Shown here: piece after piece, positions 18,357 through 28,400 of the stretch
Layout: every line of letters starts with the position of its first letter
Numbering within the stretch: position 1 is the first letter of the stretch
Assembly: GCA_903851045.1 (NCBI GenBank)
Contig: CAINNF010000017.1
Location: forward strand, 34,353-98,352
Length of the DNA: 64,000 nucleotides
Source of the DNA: Candidatus Adlerbacteria bacterium
GTDB taxonomy: Bacteria; Patescibacteriota; Minisyncoccia; Phycocordibacterales; SBAW01
Reading direction: 5' to 3'
Position numbers and translations under genes: made by a program
Notes under the pieces: model-generated
Databases searched by the model: none
Seen by the model: the letters and a program-made list of their open reading frames with translations, nothing else
Told to the model about the DNA's origin: nothing

Positions 18357-20396
18357 CTAGGCTAGTTCGAAATCCAGCGTGCGAGCCGAGAGGTCGGCAG
18401 CGACCAACTTGACTCGCACCCTGTCTCCAAGCGTAAATCGCTTCTTCGTACGCTCTCCCACGAGAGCGTATTTTTTTTGGTCATGAGTGAAGAAGTCGCT
18501 CCCGAGCGAACGGACGCGCACCAAGCCCTCAGCCGAACTTTCTTCATCTTCGACATAGATACCCCAGTCGGTGACGCCCGAGATGATGCAGTCGAACTCA
18601 CGGCCTACTTTATCGAGCATATACTCGACCTGTTTGTAGCGGATGGAGTCGCGCTCGGCCTCGACCGCCTTGGCCTCTTGTGCACTGGCGTTGAGGCACA
18701 TGCGCTCCAGGCCGCCGAACTCGCGGCTGGTGAGCGGGTGACCGTCGAGGTGCGATGCGACGATGCGGTGCACGAGCAGGTCGGGGTAGCGGCGGATAGG
18801 GGAGGTGAAGTGGGTGTAATACTCGAACGCAAGCCCGAAGTGACCGATGTTCTTGGTCGAGTAGATCGCCTTCGCCATGGAGCGAAGGGTGGCGGTGCGG
18901 ATAAGATGCTCCTCGGGCTTACCCTCGATCTGCTTGAGCAAGCTCGCAATATCTCGAGCAGATATTTTTTTCTTTGGTGTGTGGGTCGCTCCGGAGTGGG
19001 ATGCGTCCCGCGGAGCTTTAGCGGAGTGGGAGAAGTCGTATCCGAGCGCACGGACGAACGTGCCGAGGTCGTCGATACGGTCTGCCTTGGGTTCGTCGTG
19101 GATGCGGTAGAGGAAGATGGGCGCCTCTTGTGCTTGGTTGGAAAGTTTTGAAATATATTTCGCGACCTCACGGTTGGCGAGCAACATGAACTCCTCGATA
19201 AGCGAGTTGGTCTCGATGCGCTCCTTGCGCACCACTTTGAGAGGCTTGCCCTCCTCGTCGAGCACGAAGCGGACCTCATTGTCGCCGAAGTCTATCGCGC
19301 CCTCTCGCTCGCGACCTTTCTTGAGGATGCGCGCGATGGTGCGCAGATGGTTGAGCTCGGTGAGGTATGGGCCATCCTGCTTGTCGAGGATCTCCTGCGC
19401 CTCTTCATAGACGAAGCGCTTGTTGGAGCGGATGATAGTACGCTCGAACTTTCGCTCCAGTACTTGGCCGGAGGAGGTGATATGAAAGATGGCTGAGAAG
19501 GCGAGTCGGTCCTCGTCCTGTTTGAGACTACAGACGTTGCCCGAGAGCTCGTGGGGGAGCATCGGGATGGTCGCGTCGACAAGATAGACGGAGGTGCCGC
19601 GCTTCACCGCCTCGTCGTCCAGCCGTGTGCCGGGGCGCACGAAGAAGCTCACGTCGGCTATGTGGATACCGATCTCGAAGATGTGGCCGCCAAGGTCGCG
19701 GATAGAGAGTGCATCGTCGTAGTCTTTGGCGTCCGCCGGGTCGATAGTGAAGGTGGTTCGGTCGCGGAAGTCACTTCGGTTCTTTGCCTCGCTTTCGATC
19801 GTGTGGGCATAGTTTCGCTCGATCTCCTTCGCCTCGCGTGCGACATCGTCGGGGAAGGAGGTCGCGAAGCCGTGCTCGAGCACGATGGCGTTCATCTCGG
19901 TACGATGGTCGCCGGCGGTGCCGATGATCTGTGTCACCGAGCCAGTCGGGTCAGCCTTGCCGTCGAACGCCTCTAACTTCACGAGCACCTTCATCCCGAC
20001 CTGCGCGTCGTCGGGGACCGAGAGGAGTTTGAAGGTGCGATACATGCGGGCATCGTCAGGAGTGGCGCTCCACACCGCGCCCTGTTTTTTGAGCACACAG
20101 ACGAACTCGCTGCGTGAGCGCTCCTCGACCTTCTTGACGACCCCTTTGGGGCGGGGGAAGAGACCGGTCAACTCGACCGACACGATGTCGCGGTTAAGCG
20201 CACCACCAAGATGCTCCGGCGCGACCTCTATATCTTGCAAAGCCGAGACGCCCTCCTTCGCCGAGGCTTCGAAGGGCAAGTACCCCACGCCTTTTCGCGT
20301 GACCGATATACTGCCTGTTACGAGCTTTTTCTGCGCCGGATTTCCCTGGTGCCGAGAAGCTCCTGTGCTGGGGCCGCGGCCCTTACCTGGAGTCAT
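18357..20396 (-). CDS. rnr: ribonuclease R (RNB family)
   Basis: FTIDPADAKDYDDALS, HIADVS, LIEEFMLLAN and YTHFTSPIRRYPDLLVHR; C-terminal S1 domain. Confidence 0.97.
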   Translation of the reverse strand: MTPGKGRGPSTGASRHQGNPAQKKLVTGSISVTRKGVGYLPFEASAKEGVSALQDIEVAPEHLGGALNRDIVSVELTGLFPRPKGVVKKVEERSRSEFVCVLKKQGAVWSATPDDARMYRTFKLLSVPDDAQVGMKVLVKLEAFDGKADPTGSVTQIIGTAGDHRTEMNAIVLEHGFATSFPDDVAREAKEIERNYAHTIESEAKNRSDFRDRTTFTIDPADAKDYDDALSIRDLGGHIFEIGIHIADVSFFVRPGTRLDDEAVKRGTSVYLVDATIPMLPHELSGNVCSLKQDEDRLAFSAIFHITSSGQVLERKFERTIIRSNKRFVYEEAQEILDKQDGPYLTELNHLRTIARILKKGREREGAIDFGDNEVRFVLDEEGKPLKVVRKERIETNSLIEEFMLLANREVAKYISKLSNQAQEAPIFLYRIHDEPKADRIDDLGTFVRALGYDFSHSAKAPRDASHSGATHTPKKKISARDIASLLKQIEGKPEEHLIRTATLRSMAKAIYSTKNIGHFGLAFEYYTHFTSPIRRYPDLLVHRIVASHLDGHPLTSREFGGLERMCLNASAQEAKAVEAERDSIRYKQVEYMLDKVGREFDCIISGVTDWGIYVEDEESSAEGLVRVRSLGSDFFTHDQKKYALVGERTKKRFTLGDRVRVKLVAADLSARTLDFELA

Positions 20397-20499
20397 TGAT
20401 ACAGACACTATACAGGATTTATTGACTTTGTACTAGAACCTGCTAAAGTCTCTATATCCCTACTCGGGTCCGCCGGTTGGCGGAATTTTAAGATAAACT

Positions 20500-20874
20500 A
20501 TGATAACCATCCGACTCCAGCGCCGCGGCCGAAAAAATGACCCGTCCTTTCGTGTAATCGTCGTTGACTCAAAGAAGAAGCCGAAGACCGGCAGCTACCT
20601 CGAAATGGTCGGTTCCTACGACCCACGCACCGATCGTGTCGAGCTAAAAGGTGATCGCATCAAGACATGGATCAGCAATGGCGCGACCGTCTCTGGCACA
20701 GTGCACAACCTCCTTATTTCGAACAAGATCATCGAAGGAAAGAAGGTGAACGTGTTGCCAAAGAAAACCCCTCCGAAGAAAGAGCCAGTAGCGGCTGCCG
20801 CCCCGGCAGCGCCAGTTGTAGCGACCCCAGCGCCTGTGGACGCCGCGGTTGCAACCCCCGCAAGTGCAGAGTAA
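20500..20874 (+). CDS. rpsP: 30S ribosomal protein S16
   Basis: IRLQRRGRKNDPSFRVIVVDS, VGSYDP and GATVSGTV; promoter TTGACT 20422 / TGcTAAAGT 20441. Confidence 0.97.
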   Translation: MITIRLQRRGRKNDPSFRVIVVDSKKKPKTGSYLEMVGSYDPRTDRVELKGDRIKTWISNGATVSGTVHNLLISNKIIEGKKVNVLPKKTPPKKEPVAAAAPAAPVVATPAPVDAAVATPASAE

Positions 20875-20912
20875 TCTTAATAGGATCACTTTAACAAACT
20901 AAATATACGGCC

Positions 20913-21278
20913 ATGGCAGAAAAAGATCAGGAGTTTTTGGAATTTGTGGTGAAAGGGTTGGTCGAGAATCCAGACGAGGTAAAGATCGGTCGGTCGGTAG
21001 ATGAGATGGGAGTCCTGTTGACGCTCGACCTCAATCCTGACGACATGGGTAAGGTCATCGGCCGCTCCGGCAATACCGCCAAAGCTATCCGTACGCTCCT
21101 GCGCGTCGTCGGCATGAAGCACAATGCCCGCGTCAATCTTAAGATCAACGAACCAGCGGGCGGCACTCGCGCAGCAAGTACCGGCAGCGCCGACACCGGC
21201 TGGGACGGTACCCACGAAGCCCCCGTCACCCCCGCGATGAAGTCGATAGACGAAGCGATGGGCTCGCTCGACCTCTAG
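20913..21278 (+). CDS. khpA: KH-domain RNA-binding protein
   Basis: LVENPDEV and DMGKVIGRSGNTAKAIRTLL; located after rpsP. Confidence 0.92.
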   Translation: MAEKDQEFLEFVVKGLVENPDEVKIGRSVDEMGVLLTLDLNPDDMGKVIGRSGNTAKAIRTLLRVVGMKHNARVNLKINEPAGGTRAASTGSADTGWDGTHEAPVTPAMKSIDEAMGSLDL

Positions 21279-21335
21279 TTTTTCTTTCAAGACAAAAAAC
21301 AAGATCCGTGTTACTTTGGTGACACGGATTTTTGT

Positions 21336-22133
21336 ATGAATTTTCATGTCGTTACCTTATTCCCCGAAGTGGTGGACGCTTATGCACAGGCGTCTATTCT
21401 TGGTCGTGCTCAAGAAGAGAAGAAGTTGAGCGTGAAGACGTACCAGCTGCGGGATTTTGTAACGAACCACGTAAAACCGCTTCGCGGCCACGTGGCAGGT
21501 ACGTGGGGATACAAGAAGGTCGATGAGCGGCCGTATGGTGGTGGCCCAGGGATGGTACTGCAGGCCGAGCCTTTCATCCGCGCCATTGAGACAATCCAAA
21601 AAAAGATCAACAAAAATAAACGTAGTCAGACTGCGTTAGTTGGGAGTGGGCGGAAGGTGCGTGTGTTGGTGACTGCTGCGGGTGGTAAGACGCTTACCAA
21701 CGCGTATGCTAAGGCGCTCACGAAAGAGGAGAACGTCATCATTTTGTGCGGACGATACGAGGGGATCGATGAGCGGGTGAAGAAGGTTGCGACTGCTTTG
21801 GGTGCGAAGGTTGAGGAGGTTTCGGTTGGCCCCTACATCCTCACTGGGGGTGAGCTGCCCGCGCTCACTATCATCGATGCGGCTGCTCGCCAGATACCGG
21901 GAGTACTCGGTAAGTTCGAATCTCTGGAGGAGGGAAGGGTTGCCAGCCACGAGATCTACACCCGACCGGAGGTCTTAGAGTGGAAGGGGAGGGACGGCAA
22001 GGTAAAAAAGTATCGAGTCCCGAAGGTCCTTTTGTCCGGCAACCACGCCAAAATGGACGAATGGAAGGCCAAAAAGCGCTCAATGGGGGCAGATGTGGAC
22101 AAACAGGCCCCAAAAGGCTTGACTCGCCTCTAA
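21336..22133 (+). CDS. trmD: tRNA (guanine37-N1)-methyltransferase
   Basis: TLFPE, VDERPYGGGPGMVL, LCGRYEGIDERV, YILTGGELPA and VPKVLLSGNH. Confidence 0.97.
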   Translation: MNFHVVTLFPEVVDAYAQASILGRAQEEKKLSVKTYQLRDFVTNHVKPLRGHVAGTWGYKKVDERPYGGGPGMVLQAEPFIRAIETIQKKINKNKRSQTALVGSGRKVRVLVTAAGGKTLTNAYAKALTKEENVIILCGRYEGIDERVKKVATALGAKVEEVSVGPYILTGGELPALTIIDAAARQIPGVLGKFESLEEGRVASHEIYTRPEVLEWKGRDGKVKKYRVPKVLLSGNHAKMDEWKAKKRSMGADVDKQAPKGLTRL

Positions 22134-22458
22134 ATACCCTTATACTTGTAGATGAAACCAAAAGCGGGCAGTCCTAGGCGAAAGCTGAAGGGCGAAACGA
22201 GTGAGTAACGAGAGCGGGGTTTCTCACAAAAAACAGGGTGGCACGAAATAATTAAAGCTTCATAGAGGAAGCCGGGAGCATTGTATATGCGCCCCTTATT
22301 TGCGTGTTTGGGAGGTGTTGATATCTCCCTTGCTCCGTCTTCGACTTTGAGATACCTACAGGGATCTCACGTGTGGATAGCGAGCTTGCGTCGATAGTAG
22401 AAAAGGTGGTAGCGGGATTTTACTAACTTTATAAACGTTCGATAAGAGAAACACGTAT
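22119..22458 (+). promoter_or_regulatory. rpoBC promoter and long structured 5' leader
   Basis: TTGACT 22119, 16-nt spacer, TATACT 22141; about 310 nt without an ORF, containing several hairpins. Confidence 0.6.
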
Positions 22459-25400
22459 ATGCGAGAGAAAAAGTATTTCAGCCGGTTCCGTGCGCCGCGT
22501 GTCGAGACGCCGAATCTCGTCGAGGCACAGGTCGAGTCCTATAAGGAGCTTCTGAAGGGTGGCGTGAAGGATATCTTCAAGGAGTTCACTCCTATCAAGG
22601 ACTACTCCGGCAAGAAGTTCGACCTTGAGTTCGTGAAGATCGAGCTCGGTGAGCCGAAATTCGACGAGCACTACGCCAAGGAGCAGAAGATGACGTTGGA
22701 TATGCCGCTACGCGGTATCGTTCGGTTGCGCAACAAGACCACCGGCTCCGAGAAGGAGCAGGAGATCTTCCTTGCGGACTTCCCCGTGATGACCGACCAC
22801 GGTACCTTCATCATCAACGGTGTCGAGCGTGTCATCGTCCCCCAGCTGGCACGCTCCTACGGTGTCTTCTTTACCGCCGAAGAGGTGAAGGGTAAGCGTC
22901 ACTTCGGCGCGAAGCTTATCCCGGCCCGCGGCGCATGGATCGAACTCGAAGCTGAGTCTGACGGCGGTCTCGCTGTCCGTATCGACCGTAAGCGAAAGTT
23001 CCCCGCGCTCTCCCTCCTGCGCGTGTTTGGTGCGACCTCCGACGAAGATCTCAAGAAGCTCTTTGCCGACTCCGAGCACGGACTTCGCTGGATCGAAGAC
23101 GCGCTTTCCAAGGATGTGACCAAGTCCGTCGATGATGCGTACGTCGAGATCCACAAGCGTTTGCGTGATGGTGACTTGGCGACCGTTGCGAACGCTCGCG
23201 AATACATCAACTCCATCTTTAGTGAGGACCGCTACGACCTTTCCCGCGTCGGGCGCTTCCGCTTCAACCAACGCTTCGACCTCTCGCTCGAAGAGGCTGA
23301 CCTCGCACGCAAGACACTCTCGCTCGCTGACCTTGTCATCGTCTTCAAGCACATCCTTGAGCTCGAGAACGACCCTGATGCGGTCGAGGACAATATCGAC
23401 CACCTCGGCTCGCGCCGCGTCCGCTACGTCGGCGAGATGCTCCAGCAGCGCCTTCGTGTCGGCCTCACCCACATGAAGCGCAACATCCAGGACCGCATGT
23501 CGACGATCGACACCGATGCGTCCATGCCACAGCAGTTCGTTAACCCGCGACCACTGCAGGCCCGTATCAAAGAATTTTTTACCACCAACCAGCTCTCCCA
23601 GTTCATGCAGCAGGAGAACGCGCTCACCGAGCTCGAACACCTGCGAACGCTCTCGGCACTGGGTCCCGGAGGTCTCACGCGCGAGCGCGCGGGCTTCGAG
23701 GTTCGCGACGTCCACCCATCCCACTACGGACGCCTCTGCCCGATCCACACCCCTGAAGGCCCGAACATCGGCCTTATTCTGCGTCTCTCGACGTTCGCCC
23801 GCGTCAACGCGTTCGGCATGATCGAGACGCCGTACGTCAAGGTTGAGAATGGTCATATCACGAAAGAGATCGTCTATCTCAACGCTGCAGAAGAAGAGAA
23901 GCGTTCTATCGCACACGGTGCGGTCAAGGTCGTCAACGAGAAGTTCGTCGATGAGTTCGTCGATGCGCGTCTCAACAGCGTCCCGACACGCGTCGCCGCG
24001 AAGGATGTCGAACTGATGGATGTGACGCCGGAGCAACCGTTCTCGGTCGCAACCTCAATGATTCCGTTCCTTGAGCACGACGACGCGAACCGTTCGCTCA
24101 TGGGTTCGAACATGCAGAAGCAGGCGACCCCGTGCATCCTTCCTGAGGCGCCGCTCGTCGGCACCGGTATGGAGGAGCGTGCTGCAAAGGACACTGGCCG
24201 CCTCATCATCGCGAAAGAGGATGGTATGGTGGTCCAAGCAGACGGCAAGCACATCATCGTTCGCAACCAGAAGGGGAAGGACACCGAATATCCGCTCATC
24301 AACTTCGTCCGTACCAACGGCTTTACCGCGCTCCATCAGCGACCAAGTATCTCGGTCGGCACCGCGGTCAAGAAGGGTGACCTGCTCGGCGACACCTCGT
24401 CGACCGACGGCGGCCAGCTCGCACTCGGGCAGAACTGCCTCGTCGCCTTTATGTGTTGGTCGGGTGCGAACTACGAAGACGCCATCATCATCTCTGAGCG
24501 CATGGTCAAGGACAGCAAGTTCTCCTCTATCCACATCGAGGAGTTCGTCTGTAACGTGCGCGACACCAAGCTTGGCGCCGAAGAGACCACTCACGATATC
24601 CCGAACGTCTCCGAGACGAAGCTCCGCAACCTCGACGAGGACGGCGTGGTTCGTGTCGGTTCCGAAGTGCGCCCAGGCGACATCCTGGTCGGCAAGATCA
24701 CACCGAAAGGCGAGACACAGCTCACTCCTGAGGAGCGACTCCTTCGTTCGATCTTCGGTGACAAGGCGCGCGATGTGAAGGACTCGTCCCTTCGCATGGA
24801 GAATGGCAAGCGCGGTCGCATCATCGGCGTCAAAGTCTTCTCCCGCGAAGCGGGCCACCAGCTCGAAAGCGGCATCATCAAGCGCATCCACATCGAGGTC
24901 GCGCAGCTGCGCAAGGTCTCGGTCGGCGACAAGCTCGCAGGTCGTCACGGCAACAAGGGCGTTATTTCCCGCATCCTGCCCGAAGAGGATATGCCATACA
25001 CCGCGGACGGTCGTCCGGTCGACGTCATCCTGACACCGCTGGGCGTGCCGTCTCGTATGAACCTCGGACAAATTTTGGAGCTGCACCTCGGACTCGCTGC
25101 GAACACCCTTAACTACCAAGCTATCTGTCCGCCGTTCGCGGGAGCGACCGAAGTCGAGATCCGCGAGGAGTTGAAGAAGGCCGGCTTTAACGAAAGCGGC
25201 AAGATGCAGCTCTTCGACGGTCGTACCGGCGAGGCGTTCGAGCAGGACATCTCGGTCGGCTACATGTACATCTTGAAACTCCACCACATGGTCGAGGACA
25301 AGATCCACATGCGCTCGATCGGACCGTACTCTCTTATCACCCAGCAGCCACTGGGCGGTAAGGCACAAGGCGGCGGTCAGCGCTTCGGCGAAATGGAGGT

Positions 25401-28400
25401 GTGGGCACTGCTCGGCTACGGCGCGTCATATACGCTGCGCGAGATGCTCACGATCAAGTCCGACGACATCAGTGGTCGGTCCGCAGCCTTCGACTCTATC
25501 GTGCGCGGTGAGCGCATCAACCACCACTACGCGCCGGCATCCTTTAACGTGCTCCTCCACACCCTGCGCGGTCTCGCGCTCGACGTCGAGCTGATGCGCG
25601 GCGGCAGTGCGGTCACCAACGCGCGCAAGACGCCGGGTGCCGAGGCCTCCGACTTCGACTCGGTGCGCATCCGACCAGCATCCCCTGAACGCATCTTGGA
25701 ATGGTCGCACGGCGAGGTCACCAAGCCTGAAACCATCAACTACCGCACCCAACGTCCAGAGAAGAACTCGCTCTTCGACGAGAAGATCTTCGGTCCTGAG
25801 CGCGACTATGAATGTTACTGCGGTAAGTATCGCGGCATTCGCTACAAGGGTATCGTCTGCGAGAAGTGCGGTGTCGAGATCACTCGCTCAATAGTCCGTC
25901 GCGAGCGCATGGGTCACGTCGACCTGGCGGTCCCGGTCGCACACGTATGGTTCCTTCGCGCTATTCCGTCGCGTCTCGCCATGGTGCTCGGCATCTCTGG
26001 GGGCGATCTCGAGAAGGTCGTCTACTTCGCGGGCTACATCGTCAACCAGGTTCACCGTGAGGAAAAGGAGCGCATCATCGGCGAACTCGAAGCTGAGTAC
26101 AAGTCGAAGATGAAGAATCTCCAGGACGAGAAGTCGAAGGACAAGATGAAGGACCTCTTCCTCGATGCCAAGCGCGACATCGACTCTATCGTCATCGGTG
26201 CGGTACTCGACGAGCCACGCTACCACCGCTATGTCATCAAGTACGGCGCGATGTTCGAGGCCGGTATCGGTGCCGAAGCGCTCTACAACCTGTGCAAGAA
26301 CCTCGATGTGAAGCAGATGATCGCCGACACGGTCACGGCGCTCGAAAAGGCCGGTGCCGCAGAGCGCGAGAAGCTCGGCAAGCGACTCTCGATCCTGCGC
26401 GGTATGGCGAAGTCCAACATTCGCCCCGAGTGGATGTTCCTGACCCGCATCCCGATCATCCCGCCAGGCCTGCGACCGATGGTCGCGCTCGACGGCGGCC
26501 GTCATGCGACCTCCGACATCAACGACCTCTACCGACGCGTCATCAACCGCAACAATCGTCTCAAGAAGCTCATCGAGATCCATGCGCCGGACGTCATCCT
26601 CCGCAACGAGAAGCGCATTCTGCAGGAAGCGGTCGACACGCTCATCGACAACTCTATCCGCCATGGCGGCGCGGCGTTCTCTGCGACGACCCAGGCGCGC
26701 ACACGACCGCTCAAGTCGCTCTCCGACAACCTCAAAGGTAAGCACGGTCTCTTCCGTCAGAACCTGCTGGGTAAGCGCGTCGACTACTCGGGTCGCTCTG
26801 TCATCGTCGTCGGTCCAGAACTTCGGCTCAACCAGTGCGGTCTGCCGAAGCACATGGCACTGGAACTCTTCCGTCCGTTCGTCATCGGCAAGCTCCTCGA
26901 GAAGGAACTCGCCTATAACATCCGCGGCGCGGGTCGTCTTATCGACGAAGGCGTACCGGAGGTATGGGCGATCCTCGAAGATGTCATCCGCGACAAGTAC
27001 GTGCTGCTTAACCGCGCACCGACCCTCCACCGCTTGGGTATTCAGGCCTTCCAGCCGATCCTTATCGAAGGGAACGCTATCCAGCTGCACCCGCTCGTCT
27101 GTTCGGCGTTCAATGCGGACTTCGACGGCGACCAGATGGCCGTCCATGTGCCGCTCTCACCTGAGGCGCAGGCGGAGGCTCGCGAGATCATGTCCGCGAC
27201 CAAGAACATCCTCAAGCCGGGTAACGGCGAGCCGGTCATCGCATCCAAACTGCTCGACATTCTGCTCGGTACGTATTGGATGACCAAGGAAGTGAAGGGC
27301 GCAAAGGGCGAGGGTCTCGCATTCTCGAGTCCGAACGCCGCCATTCTCGCGTACGACCACGGTCGCGTCGGCTTCCAGGCGAAGATCCGTGTGATGCCGA
27401 GTGAGAAAGAGAAGTATGCCGCGTTCGGCAATCAGCTCTTCGAGACGACCGCAGGCCGACTCCTCTTCAACACCGTCTTCCCGAACGACTACCCATTCGT
27501 CAATACTGCGATCGACAAGAAGGGTCTCGCGAAACTCGTCGACAACCTTATCGACCGTTATGGACTCGAGAAGATCCCGGATACCATGGACAAGATCAAG
27601 AACTTCGGTTTCCGTTACGTCACCCAGTCCGGTATCACCTGGTCGCTCGACGACATACGTGTCCCGGCCGAGAAGGATGGCATCATCATCGAAGCACAGC
27701 GCAAGTCGCACGAAGTCGTCGAACACTGGGAGCAAGGCTTGCTCTCCGAGGAAGAGCGCTATCGCATGAACATCGAGATCTGGCACGACGCGAAGTCACA
27801 GGTCGAGAAGTGCATCCCAGCGACGCTCCCGATCGACGGTTCGGTCTCCGACATGATCAAGTCAGGCGCCCGCGGCTCTATCGGACAAGTGACGCAGATG
27901 GCCGGCATGAAGGGTCTCATCTCATCACCATCGGGTGATACGATCGAACTCCCGGTGACGAAGTCCATGAAGGAAGGTCTCTCGCCACTTGAGTACTTCC
28001 TCACGACGCACGGTTCGCGCTCGGGCCTCGCCTCAACGGCGCTCTCGACCGCGAAGGCCGGGTACCTCACGCGCCGACTCTTTGACGTCGCACAAGACAT
28101 CGTGGTCTCCAGCGACGAATGCGGCACGAAAGAGGGTCTCACGATCCACCGTGTCTCCGCATCCGGCATCGGTACCTTCCTTGCGAAGAACATCGAAGGT
28201 CGCTACTTGGCAGAGGATGTCATGCACGACGGTAAGCTCATCTATAAGAAGGGGCAATTCCTGCTCGGACCGGACGCTCGTCATATCGAAGAGCTCGGTG
28301 TGCAGTCGGTATACGTTCGCTCTCCTGTAGGTTGTAAGTCACACCGCGGCATCTGCGGGCACTGTTATGGTGCGGACCTCTCGACCGGCAAGCCTGTCGC

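Noticed and set aside
20500-22133. Absence of rimM from the rpsP-khpA-trmD cluster as a novelty
   Set aside because: It could lie elsewhere in the genome, and its loss from this cluster is common in reduced genomes.
22185-22246. T-box-like GGGTGGCACG and hammerhead-like CTGAAG...GAAA in the rpoBC leader
   Set aside because: Each is only a partial match (no UGGNACC antiterminator/terminator pair, no CUGANGA core), and the gene context does not fit a T-box.
22708-27786. Long minus-strand ORFs (442, 437 and 419 aa) inside rpoBC, and similar ones inside smc, pspA and rpoD
   Set aside because: Antisense frames kept open by codon bias in GC-rich genes; no recognisable motifs.
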